Positions 26,519 to 39,331 of a stretch of DNA of 64,000 bases are shown piece after piece (the first letter of the stretch is position 1; every line of letters starts with the position of its first letter). This stretch comes from Mizuhopecten yessoensis (Eukaryota), in contig NW_018404479.1 in assembly GCF_002113885.1 (NCBI RefSeq), positions 1-64,000 of the forward strand, written 5' to 3'. The translations under genes and the position numbers were made by a program. The notes under the pieces were generated by a model that saw only the letters and a list, made by a program, of their open reading frames with translations, was not told where the DNA came from and did not search any database.

Positions 26519-28187
26519 TTGTGGACGTGATGTTTTATTTCCCCCGCCGTGTGATCAATTCTATGCAATCAGACACGTTGTTATACAGATGTAAAGATGT
26601 AAATGTTCTTATCATTTGCAGCATGATTCTATATTACATGCATGTTACAAACCTATCATTTACTGCAATGAACTCAATATATAACCTATCTTCGCTGTTA
26701 GACAATGCATGTACATGTATCTATAGTTAATACGTAATAAACTTATCTTTATCTACTATCAAACGTTGGGCCAACAACTCCCTGATTAAGGGACGCCAGC
26801 GCATTGTATATGATTCGCCCGCCTTTGTCTTATGTGTTTTCTTTGCCTAGGGATTATCTTGTTATTTTTTCTATTGCTTGTTTATCAACATTTAAGCAAT
26901 GTAGAAATTAAGGGCAAGTGCGAATGGTATAATTATAAACAAGGTCCATGAATCGAATGACTGACGGGACGGACAAACTGACCGGACCGAGACTGCATTA
27001 TAACTGTGTTACTGTACTACAACATAGGACTGCAGTATGAACGTTCGGGAATCCCCGTGGTTGTAAGCGATGATAAGCCCCATTTATATTACACTCGGTA
27101 ATCAATGCCAGATACGTGTTCTGATTAGACTTATGATGATCGACATCAAATGCTCATGAATAAATTAGGTATGGAGTGTGTATAGGCCTCCAGTGAACAA
27201 GTTTGAAGAGAGTTACTGCCCTTCCCTTGCTAAACTCATACATCGCCGAAGCAAAGCGTGTTCACAAACCGAAGTAACATTGGCGAAAATAAAGAACCAT
27301 GTAGTTTGGGAACTGGAGCACGGACTTTTGCCGAAGAGGTTATTCCATGATAGATACAAGTAGTTGGTTAACAGATAATGACCACGGCAGAATGACCACA
27401 TAAAGAAAATCAATTTTAATTGGCAACCGCTAGTATTAACTCCAAGGTGACATATGTCATATTAGTCCACTGTGGTTAAGGTATGAATAGTTCATTGATA
27501 CTCGATGGATTAACAAGTATTCAGTAATATAATCTAGTGTATAAGTTCAATTCTAGCAGTGCTTACAGCCACTGTCAATAAGTCAAAATTGTTCTGTTTG
27601 TCCTCTTGTTACGTGTTATATTTACCTTCTGTGACGTAAAATAATCTCTAGCAACACAAAATAGAACACAACTATTTCAATGTTATGAAATTCCGAATAA
27701 TTGCAAATTATGCCAAAATTGCAAACGTTTTCACTGCATCATAGCAATTTCGACCATTTATCAGTCTTCGGCGGTTGTTTACACTAAAGCTTAAACGAAT
27801 GTCCCAAAACCGACAGGTAGAAAATCAGCGGTAGAGGAAGTATGTAAGTCATTTATATAAACAAATCTGTAACTATTTGCATGCTTTTCTCATGTAAAAT
27901 ATTTGTTATCTAACGATTGTCTCGAGAATAGAACTGCTGTAATACAAAATGTAGGCAGCGTTGAATACGAACTCTTCTACTAAGAACCTTATATCTTGTT
28001 TAAGTTGCTTAATTACTGTAGCAGCTTGTCAGTAAAACTTACCTGTTATTACTAAAACACGGTTTAGTAATCGTTCACTTTGTTGTTTTACAGTGTAAGT
28101 CAAACCAACAACGGACAGCTCTAACTCGGTCTGCATCAATGACTTTATAATCATTGATCATTCATTAATGCCTCCATTCATGAAATA

Positions 28188-28490
28188 CAATTCAATTCAT
28201 TTATTAACTTTCGGCCTTACGGCCCATCAGTACAAACATATCAATACAATGCATAATATACACAATAACACGGCTCACAATATACAGTGAGAGAGTCGAG
28301 TAAATAAATTAGATTCTTAACTTATTAGCTTCAAAAATATATTTACCAAGTTGACATAATTCCTTAGTATTGTTAACACACAATAATTGTATAAATTTAA
28401 ACATGGATGGCTTTTTCCAGTAGTACTTTTTAATAAGGCGACTTCTTAAGTTTTGGTAGGTTTTACATATCAGAATAAAATGGTATTCAC
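28188..28490 (-). mobile_element. 5'-truncated non-LTR retrotransposon 3' end (ORF2 C-terminus, 3' UTR, TTGAA tail)
   Basis: Peptide EYHFILICKTYQNLRSRLIKKYYWKKPSMFKFIQLL...LGKYIFEANKLRI* resembles the C-terminal zinc-knuckle (EyHf..xC) end of invertebrate LINE ORF2. It is followed by a stem-loop, AATAAA and (TTGAA)n. Clade (RTE-X-like?) is uncertain. Confidence 0.75.
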
Positions 28491-31400
28491 AATAACACAT
28501 TGGCTATTACAACTGCATAGTGCTGATACGTCGTCAGAAATATTGATTCTATCACAGCCGGACCTGTACCAGGAACAAATTTGCAAGGTCAAGTTTAGTT
28601 GACGAAAACCATTAAACGTTATCTATTCAGAGTCAGACCAGAACGAAAATAAATAATTCATTATCTATGACTATGAATATGAATATANGGGGGGGGGGGG
28701 GGGGGGATTCGTTAGTTACAAGTGTGGCCGACTTCATATATACAATGTATACGTATTTCTTTGTCTTCATTTCCACAAACTGAAAAACCTTATACAAAAA
28801 TTCAGTGCACAAACTGTGTTCATGCGCGGCATATTTTTGAAACCGCATGATACTTTTTACGCGAAACAAAAGTCACCGAAAATGACTGGCCTTGTTAGAC
28901 AATATGTCTTATTTCTATAATTTAGATTTTATTATTTTCGTTTAATTAATCTTTTTTATCATTGGGAATAAATCAACAAAGTGATATTAATTATGACAAG
29001 CAGATCACGCAAACCTTCTGAATCTTTTACTCTTCCCTTGCGAGTTACTTCCCTTCATTTGTAACATGTAAACAAACTCTAACAGGGTCGAATTTGATGA
29101 TGATCAGTTACCAAGTCCTCGAAACAAGTTCAGGGATATTATTGTTCTGATTCTTCCGGTTCCACATTTCATCAGTATTTTCTGGGGATTCCGAGGCAAC
29201 TTTACCTATGACTTGGCGAGCATGTGTAGATGTAGGAATCCTAGATGGCTTCCGCGGCCTCTGATCGCGGATGAACTACAAATGTATCGGGGACGAACTG
29301 GCTGTGAATTATTTCGAGACAAACACTTTACCATTGAGTATTCAAAGTCAATTACCGAAATTGAAACATGAAAGGACGAGCTCATTACTAAAGAAAACAA
29401 AATACCAGGTAATAATGTCATTTAGTGACGATTAGTTAAAGATTCATAACAAAATAACACAAACAGCAAATTACTCTGTAGACTTGGAGTATTTCTGGAC
29501 GCAGTTACGGCTCACGAAATACTACAAATTCACAGATTATATAAAGGACCACCCCCGCAAACTTAGTAAATACAGCGTCTAGCTGATGTTGACCGAAGAG
29601 GGAAGACTTGTACAAGACCAAAATGTCAAATACCTAAACTCATTCAAGATTTTCACTTTAACTAAACTGGTGTTATCATACAATTGATAAACTTTATTAA
29701 AGGTGCATATTTATTAAAAAAGAACCTAACAATCACATAAAAACAATGAAAAACTCGATGTTCACTAATCTTAACAAAAGAGGTCACTGTTTATTGAACA
29801 GCGGTACACTTCAATTGATTAACGGCAATACACTAACCGACACGCGTGAACTAGTTTATTGCAGAACACTAACAAACTCGAATGAACGACTTAAAGTTAC
29901 CTTGGTGCATTCAACAACCATCAGAATGATTCTATTTGCATGTTCAACTAAATTTAAAAAGTTCAGACTAATGCCAAACACAAAGTGGCTACTGCATTTA
30001 ATAACTTAGATAATATTCTTTACATTTCGAGGCATTCACAAAAGTATTAAGGCTTTAAAACATTATAGTTAACTTTGGTGTTTGAGGTTTGAGCAAGGAA
30101 AACACTTTATTTTTTCAGTTTGTTTTTATCTTTGCATACGTGTATAGTTGAGAGAAATTCCTAAAATAAAACTGAGATCAATTTCCATACTTCGAATATG
30201 CATTTAAAAATAAATCCTTAAATGTTCCTTGTTAAAGCTTACATATTTACTTTTCTCTTGGTCTTAGTTCAAGTACATGTTTATAACAATTGTCCCACGT
30301 ATGCTAAGTATATACCACGTTTAAGTGACAAAACCTGAACATTCGGTCGATTCGGTTCTCAATAACCTAACATCCCAACGGGGATTTCGATGCAACCGCT
30401 AAAAGATCATGGAAAACTACTGGTATGTAGGTTATTTGTCTTGATTTCTTGAGAAAACACTTGTAGGTATATGTACACATACCGGTATACTGTAACAAAT
30501 ATTTCCAAGGGGCTCAATGAAAACCAGATTGGAACATGTTCTATGAGTCTCTGTTTTTTCAGGTTTTTTTTTCAAATTTTAGGTTGCAAAACTAAATGTA
30601 CATGCATGAGCAACATGTATCTTACATACACATTCCATCATCAGCCACGTTATACGTTCGAAGAAACAGCGTTTACTAAGTTTTCTTGGAAATATCCAAA
30701 CAAAATCCAAGAATGTCAGACGATGATGACGCTTTCGTTGTTCTAGCTGGAGAAACATACAAGATAGCTAACCGAATGTCATTATTTTGTTCCGTCTCAA
30801 ATTGAAGAAATGATTTCAGTGTGTCGCGTTAACAAAATTATCATGTAAAAATACCTTTGTAAATATTAGATAGGGAATCCCCTTAACTTCCCAACGACCT
30901 GGATGTAATGGGTGATATTTTGACATTTCGTACCATACAAAAACATTCAGAAGTGTAAGCAATAAAATTATGAATATGTCAGAGGCAATCCTGCGAACTT
31001 TGGAGCAGTCAACCAGACAATGTTATTGATTTTAAAACATTTCTTTGCACGCAAAAAAAAAGAGGAAAATAGGAGAATATTCGGACTTAAGATCTATAGT
31101 TACATTTTAATACACGGGACGCCTCTAAATTGTATCAAAGTCCCGAATTCTTTGCAATGTGTCGTTGAGGGCGAATAAAAACAACTGGATATTATCTACT
31201 AAATGCATAATATGCTAATATAAATATATATATTAAGAGGGATTAAGACATCGTCCATTGTGTGTCCAACGACACAAACTATTACAAGCTAACATTCTCT
31301 CAAATGTATACCCTGGCTATAAACCAATTCGTGTTCGGGCATTTTTAAATCCGTTTATATAATCCTCAGTAGCACACAGTATACAACGGGACACGTGTTA

Positions 31401-33848
31401 GGCTACGTCTCTCTCATGAAACATGTCAGTAAAACACCTTCACGTTGACTGTAAAATGATCATAGGACGTCGTGATTTCATCAACGATCTGGCATTATCC
31501 TCGTGCATACTTACATTGCAACATGTGGTGTACATTGTATTTGTAAATTGATCCTATACTGTCTGTAGAAATAGACATCTAAGGTTGCTGTATTGTAACA
31601 CTAAACTCCAATCATACATATCATTATATTAATAACGCAAGAAATGCCAGTTTGTAATTGGAAAATGTAAGCATGATGAATTTATAACAGTTTGTGCTAA
31701 GTACAGTGTCCACAATTTAAAAAAACAACAATATTTACAAGTTCTATCTACACAACAATGTTTGTATTTGGACCGGCGGGTGATTAAAAGTATCATTTAC
31801 CATCTAATTACGTGCATAACATGCGGGGTGGCCTTAATAACTCGTACGCCGTGAGAATGACTTGAAGCAACATACACGAAATACTGAAGAACCATTTTAA
31901 CATTACATCCAATTGACGAGGAACGTGACTACTACATAACTGTATATGATGTCCCTGACACACAAGACGTTAATTCAATAAAGTCGGACCGCCGTGGAGC
32001 GGAACATAGCGAATGGTTTGAGATGTCTGGGAAATAATGGATACAGTTAATTTCAGACGTGGTAACTTATTTTACTTACGATAATAGTATATTCATTTAA
32101 CATAATTTATCATTACATTCAATGGCATTACCAGTATCTACGTCGCGTACGTGTGCGTCTGTAACGAAGCGATGTAATGTTTGTCTCCGAGATCCCCCAC
32201 ACCGACCTTGCTTATAATATCTCATCTGTTTTATCCAAATTAGTGAATTGGTTTGTAATCCTAATCGTTTAACATTCATGATATACATTGTAATACTAAG
32301 TAAATCGTCTGATAACACGTATGTACGGTACCAGAAACTGATACATTTCTAGGCCACACAGTTTAATCCTCTTATGAAATTACATCGTACCAGAATAACC
32401 TCTGGTAGGCCTTCACATTGTAATGGTTTTCAGAAACGGAAAACTTGAACTGTCTTCATCATCATTGATGTTTACTGAAACACATTCGCAAACGCGAAGC
32501 ATTTGCAATGAATGACCCACTTGCGTTTACCATATTAAGTGTTCAGCTGTAACTTTTAACGTACGTAAAACGATAGTTATTGATAGAGTGACCCCTCTGT
32601 CACTTATCTTCACTAAAAGTACCTCGTCTACCTTGCGTGACGCCATTCCCATTCATACTTTATAAACATACTAAACGTGTATTGGTAGTGACGTCATCAC
32701 ACTCACCTCTCGTGGAGATACGGTAACATTTGACGGAACAGTTTCCTCAGCTCGACATCATCTGCACGAATGTCGATGTTGAAATCAAGCTCCCCGATCC
32801 ACGCCATGGTTATAATTGCAAACACAACTGACAGCCCCGGGAATAATAACAGCCACTTTTAGCAACAGCTGGTGGTCAAGCAATTAACTGACCGCCTAAT
32901 GAAAAATATACGCTTGATGTGAATTGGATGGTTTAGTTTCCACACGTCGTATCTGGAGGTGGTGTTGAGTTAACTGTAAACAAACATTTACCTGAACGTC
33001 TAGTTCCTGATTTAGCACTGATAACGCTGTCCACACTTAAAACTACATGGAAAAATCTAGATAGGTCATCGCACTAGTGTATCAGTGAATGTAGGAATGT
33101 AACTGACCACTATCACCTGGGATGGGTTATACAGACTGGACTAGGTAAAATGCCTCAAGTCTACTGAGCAAATCTGGTTTGAGTTTTGTTAGTTCTTGGG
33201 TATTTATTACGTAGCTGTAAGAAACTTCATTGCCAGGTTACAATGTTCACAAAATGACAAACGTATTTTTTTTTTTTGAAAAATGCGACATTTATGTGTA
33301 TTTTGAACCACTATATGAACATTATCATCAGTTGATAAAGGAGATATCACCGTTAAGGTATGGACTGGAACGGTCAGGAACTGCCGGACTAGACTTTACC
33401 TAGCTAACTAGATGACAGAAAGCCATCAAAGCACATGTGTGTCCGACAACAAATAAAACACCTAATATAATGCACACATTTTACCTGAATAGTACATGTA
33501 TATGGTAGGACACTGTGTATATATATATACATATCATGATTGACCATCTTCGTGAATTACACGATGCATAAGTAACTCGTTAAATTAACCAAATCCCTGT
33601 CTTTTTTAACGACTTTAAAATTTGTTGCCTTGCTGTCCAGACAATAAATGTAGCCCTTCAGGCAAAGGAGTTAGTTCTAAACCTGAATGAAATAACTTCG
33701 AGAGGAAAACAAAACATCCGATTCCTACTTCAGTTTCGAATTCCGTTACGTTACGGAAATGACCGAGTCCATCGGCTGAACACGTACATGTATATCTGCA
33801 CGGTTTCGGTTTCTGTTTGTTAAAAAAGACAATTGAATTTGATATATC

Positions 33849-33952
33849 GGGATATAGCAAGTTTCTGGTTCCCGTCGACAAGGTGTATTCCATGGCGCAA
33901 AGCACAGGGAAAATGGCTTTGTCTCTGGGAACCAATTACTTGCTATATTTTC
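33849..33952. mobile_element. Degenerate hairpin of the same family as the 39332 element
   Basis: GGATATAGCAAGTTTCTGGTTCCCG...GCAAAGC...GGGAACCAATTACTTGCTATAT. The left arm matches 39360-39385. Confidence 0.7.
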
Positions 33953-34031
33953 CAAGCATAAACGTATATAGTACAAAGAATCGCTGCTGTTACAACTCTC
34001 ATTGTCAATGTTGAAATGCATTACATTGTAC

Positions 34032-34290
34032 ATAATAATAATAATAATAATATACAACATTTGATATAGCGCCCTATCTAGCTAACATAAGCCACTCCAA
34101 AGCGCTTTACAGTACATAGATATACAATTTAATACAGTCAATACAATTAGCATATCTATTAATCAATACAATATTGAGGAGGAATTTGCAGGAGCTGCCT
34201 TATCAGTCACTAACTACTAGTCCTATGCCACCTGGCTAATATCTCCTTATGTGTGTATGCCTGTGTGTGTGCTGGAGATGTATTGTGTTA
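34032..34290 (-). mobile_element. SINE or short LINE fragment with an L2-type 3' stem-loop and (TAT)n tail
   Basis: Minus strand: TGTAAAGCGCTTTGGAG...TAGGGCGCTATATCAAATGTTGTATA(TTA)n, nearly identical in design to the L2 tail at 42396-42473. Upstream GGCAGCTCC segment is reminiscent of a Deu/Nin core (weak). The 5' boundary is uncertain. Confidence 0.6.
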
Positions 34291-35076
34291 CTATAGCTTT
34301 AAGAATAAGCCTGTACATCGTGCATACAGGCTTATTCCTACTGTGATGTACGCTAAAGAATATAAACGCCTTAGAATTTGATATATGTACGATTTTCAGA
34401 ATAAAAACAACAGCAACAGATCATTAAGCGATTTGATTTAAGTTGCCTTAAACAGTATATGCTTTATGGAAATTAAAAATGCTTTTCATAGTCCGGAGGC
34501 GTTCTGCCAATTGAGCGATATATACATTATCATCAGCAATCTACTTAACGTGTCTAAAGCGGCTGCATATGCGTACCATTGACGTCATTGACGACAACAT
34601 CTTACTGAAGGAACTCCTTTTGTGACTGACCTACCAACCATTACACAGCGGCGTGGCACAGGCCCACCCCGCGGCCTTATTTATATAATGTATTAAAATG
34701 TATACGACTGAGGGCAATGACTCTCCTTCAGGAAAATAATCTCCACAACTTTTGTTCAATTCTGTTTAGATAGTGAATGTTACTAAATTATACATCAGCG
34801 AAAAGATAAATGCTACATTGTGTATCTAAAACTACTCAACACAGATTTGAGCGACAAAATGTTGACCTGATAGACAATTAAATGCGGGCGAGGACGGAAC
34901 AGAATCGTCGTCTTGTCACAAATTGTTAAAATTTTAGCTTCTGTCATGAAATGTATAAATCGCAATGTCTGTGCTATTATTGTATTGTTCGTCGATGAGA
35001 CGATTGCGCTGATTTGTCAAATGATCTTTCGTTCTTTGCTCATATAGATATTATCATTATTGGGGGTGATCTTTCT

Positions 35077-35243
35077 CTCCCCCCCCCCCCCCCCCCCCCC
35101 CCCCCCACNNNNNNNNNNNNNNNNNNNNNNNNNNNNNNNNNNNNNNNNNNNNNNNNNNNNNNNNNNNNNNNNNNNNNNNNNNNNNNNNNNNNNNNNNNNN
35201 NNNNNNNNNNNNNNNNNNNNNNNCCCCCCCCCCCCCCCCTCCC
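35077..35243. other. Poly-C tracts flanking an assembly gap (35109-35223)
   Basis: C homopolymer on both sides of an N run. Confidence 0.95.
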
Positions 35244-37739
35244 TACTCTAAACACCTTAGTTGAGGGCCAAATATAGCATATAGCTTTAACAAATTTTCC
35301 AGGTCCCTTCTGTTTCTACACTCGTAATCAACACCTTTACACCGAAATATTTCAATCATAACGCATGCCCTTATTGTTATATAGGTGACGAACAATAGGA
35401 TGAAAACCATTAAAAATGCATTGAATTGACATGGGGGACATCGAATTGCTAAACATATGCAAAATACCAGAAACCTTCTGATAATTGGAAACGAGTATTC
35501 CCCTTATTAATATTTCAAGATAGGAAAAGGAAATTTGTCGCTGAAATTACACTAAATTGTTTGTGTATGCTATTGTGACGAGTCCGTACGTCTGTACCGG
35601 AGATGGGCAATGTGAGTGACAATAATGTCTGTCAACGTAATGGTGTATCACACAAGAAATGCTGCGAGACAGTTTTGGTCTGGATCGGTGCCCTTGCTTG
35701 ATGTGACCGTAAAAAATAGTCGTCGACGCGGGCTTTTCGTCACCTACTATATATCGCCTGATTGGCACGTGCATGCCTTGTATTTCAAAACACTGCGGAG
35801 TTAAATTGAAACATTAAGCATTTACAGACATGTTACATTTGCATTATATTGTCAACCCTGTCATAGTGTACACGGACGTTTACACGACAAAAGAGTTCAT
35901 ATAGACATGTACACGAAAAAAGCAATCGATAAAGATATTTGATAAAGATATCAACACAGCCAAACAACAGCTTCGTACAAGGTGTACGTTTTGTAGGACG
36001 ATTACACAACAAAATAGTTTTGCACACAAAATAACAATTACATGAGACATTTACCTGACAAAACGATTAACAGAGAAATTAACCCACAATGAAGCGTATG
36101 TACATAAACAATAGCTTATAGAGGCAATTGTACGACGAAACAAATAAAAGAAAAAATAACCCGACAAAATAGACTATAAAGACATCTTCAATTCTAAATG
36201 GTTTATACAGAAATTTACGCAACAAATTAGTTTACTTGTGACCTAAAACATAAACCAGAAACATAGAAATCTTTTCGGAACTTTAGCAAAAAGTCCCCAG
36301 GGTAAAACGCCACCTGTTGTGTCATTGTAAATGTAACTGTCAACAGGTGGTGATAGTATACTTTATCATTTAATAATACGTAGTTAAAATAGCTGCATGT
36401 GATACAGGTTTAGGATTCGCAATGCAATTATCATATACGATATGTACGTACATGCACTTCTACATGTTAAAAGACCTACCAAAAACTGTTTCTGGTGTAG
36501 ACGTTATGTATCCGAGAGAGACGTGGTAACTGCCCCGTTTTGTTTCAGGTATATCATCAAGTACGTAATTAATACTGGTTATATTTTTTTTAACAGCAGC
36601 ATATTTGTGTTTTACACACACGGTATATAAGAAAATAATAGCAGCATATCTTCATCTAGGGACCAAAACACAAATTAAACTGAACATAAACTGCAATCTC
36701 CCCTGTCCTTGAAGACGGTATAACCAAATGGTAAGATTAACGAACTTCAAACCTAAAGCGTGCCGACGGATTGATATTCAAGAGGGCTGCAATTACTTTA
36801 GCATCAATGCAGGTCTTTTTCGAAACCATCTTACTCAGATTCTATCTCCTTTGTGTGTAGACAGAGGCAAATATAATGTACAATATGTTGCATCTGTCTA
36901 GAGGCAGGCTAGCTCAGACGCTTTGCATAAATACTGTATATTGATACTAAATAACACAATTATGTAAATACAATTTTCAAACTATAATTATAAGGGTTTT
37001 TTTATAACTTGTATCAATGTAATCGTGGTTATTTCGTTTTCTTAAGAGTCGGAGAAAAGACAAATCATTGCAAATTGTTACCGAGCTTTGATGGCACTGT
37101 AGTTTGGATCCGACAATAAATGTTCCATTTATATTTGAGTGTCTAAACGAGTATTTATAACCGTCATGGATCTATGTATGCAGAAGGCACTGCGTAATCG
37201 TACGGTTTACAGGAACTACTCAACCTGAATGACGTAATCGCTATCATTGTGCCGTAGAATACGCATTCTCTCTATATAAACAGGATGACCTAACCGTGAC
37301 AATGACACACCCTTAACTTAAATATCTATTAGTAAGCACCTTTCTTTCTCGTCGCCCTTCTTCGACTTATCCAATCAATAATTTTACTGACTATTAGGTG
37401 TCTAGCCAGTCAATTTTATAAATCCGCCAGGTCCAACGATGGCGTTGGTTAGGCCGGGTCCGACGTGTCACGCGACATGCGCCTATAGTGACAGGTGATC
37501 GGTACAGGGTGGCTCATGGGACCAATGACAGTGTGATGCTTGTGACAACATCCAAACGAGTATTACAAAGGTGGGATGATTAGCTGTATGCTGTCTCCAC
37601 ACATTCGTCACTGGCAGGGTTTTTCATTACTGTAATCAAACTATATATTTTGACGAGGCTCAGATGATGAAGCTATACAGCACAAAAAGGAAAATCAAAA
37701 TATAGGGAAAAATATGAGCAATGGGAGCAACAATCGGTT

Positions 37740-37935
37740 GGGTGGTCGTGTGGCGCAATGTATAGAGCACAAGCCTTTTACAAGGCGATCGAGAATCGAT
37801 TCCCCGATCGGACGTAAAATGTTATTGGTTGATCACGTGTTACCTTCCACATTTTCAGACCCTCTGCACGCTTCCATCTGGACCGACAAAAATGATATGA
37901 AATAAGATGGAATAACTTGTTTTATAATTAGTGTT
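37740..37935 (+). mobile_element. Decayed tRNA-derived SINE (V-SINE-like; same family as 52495-52676)
   Basis: A-box-like GTGGCGCAATGTATAG and B-box remnant TCGATTCCCCGATCGGACGT, which is shared with the 52.6 kb copy. Confidence 0.6.
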
Positions 37936-39331
37936 TACTAATTAATGTTTACATATATATACATAAATACGATAGTTTCGTCACTGTAAAAGTAATTACC
38001 ATTAATCTTACCGGAAACAATGAACATGAGCAAAACACAGTTAAGCCTGTTTAATGGTTGCTTGTATATGATCGTATTTTATAAATATCTATAAATGATA
38101 CACACAATCAATAATACTCTCTGTAATTAACACCGGGTAATAATGAACTTTACGGTACGGATAAGCGGGTTACAGATAACACGACCTCCCTCAACGATAT
38201 TATGTCATAGGACGGGTCATGACGCATAGTTTTAATCATCGGTTACTTCTTTATTAATTTTTAGAGTTTTAAATTCTTCATTGATGTTTCTGCGAGGTCG
38301 TTAGAGCTAACATTTCCACGTTCCCCAGTGTCTTTAAATATATCTCCCGGAAACCAGCATGTCTAGTGCATGTGGATCTGGTTTTACTAAACAGATATTG
38401 ATTTAGTATTTGTCAAGATTCCTGTTGATAAATAAGGCGTATTTCATGTTTATAGCGTTTACCCTAATGTACAGACAACATCGTGTGTCTGGAATTTGTT
38501 ATTTTGTTAGTTATTAATGTACATTAAGATCATCTGTCTAAATTCATTCTTACTAATGGTGGCTAACGAGTATATTGCATGCTACTGGGACTGTGACAGT
38601 AAAGACAGATGTTTTCTCGTACACTGTATGAACCAATGATGAATATTTGAGCTTGGAATAAAGTAAGTAGGAGTAAGCAAGGACCAGATGACATATTATC
38701 AGTCATATGTCTTTTATGTTAAGCAAAAACATCGGAGAACATTAATTGGTAGCAGTTACATGAAATCGAAAACCTAGGAGAAATGACCTTTCCATATCTG
38801 ATATTGACCTCTTAACACAACACATATCGATTAATGTGAACATTATTTTGAAAATAAATAATTTCGACTAAAGACGAGTAAAATATTTCTGTTTTAAATC
38901 ACATTGTCATACGCAAGCGTTTATCAGGTGTCCTCCAATCTGTTATTTGACATGCTCCCCGTGTAAGTTGCGGTACGGAGAAACCAATTGGGCCTATGAT
39001 TCTTTGATGTAAGGGCAAAACTTTCAAAATAATTCTACGAAGGGGAGATAATTGATTGATAGGTGTTTCGACATAGTCGTCACTATCAAGGTTGTGATCA
39101 CTATAATTAAACTTTAGGAGTTGTCTTCAATAGTATATCAAATTTGAAAAAGTTCAGAGGACACATGACGCTGATTGCATTTTGTGAATATGCCAACAGC
39201 TCATCTACTGCAGGAGTCACACACGGGCAATTCATGTTATCAGTGAGAAAAATATCAGTTGCGTCCTTGTTAAAGATTTTACGATTGACTATCGCAATTG
39301 CTAAATATAGCAAATATCAGCTTCATCGTTA

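Noticed and set aside
28688-28706. G-run as a G-quadruplex element
   Set aside because: Simple homopolymer next to an N, so its length is unreliable.
29040-29056. GAGTTACTTCCCTT motif (similar at ~27210 and, inverted, ~49757), reminiscent of Helentron sub-terminal repeats
   Set aside because: Isolated motifs; element boundaries and a terminal hairpin could not be defined.
37740-37815. Possible tRNA genes (also 22380-22440 and 52600-52676)
   Set aside because: No complete cloverleaf or Pol III terminator; these are better explained as SINE or other repeat-derived boxes.
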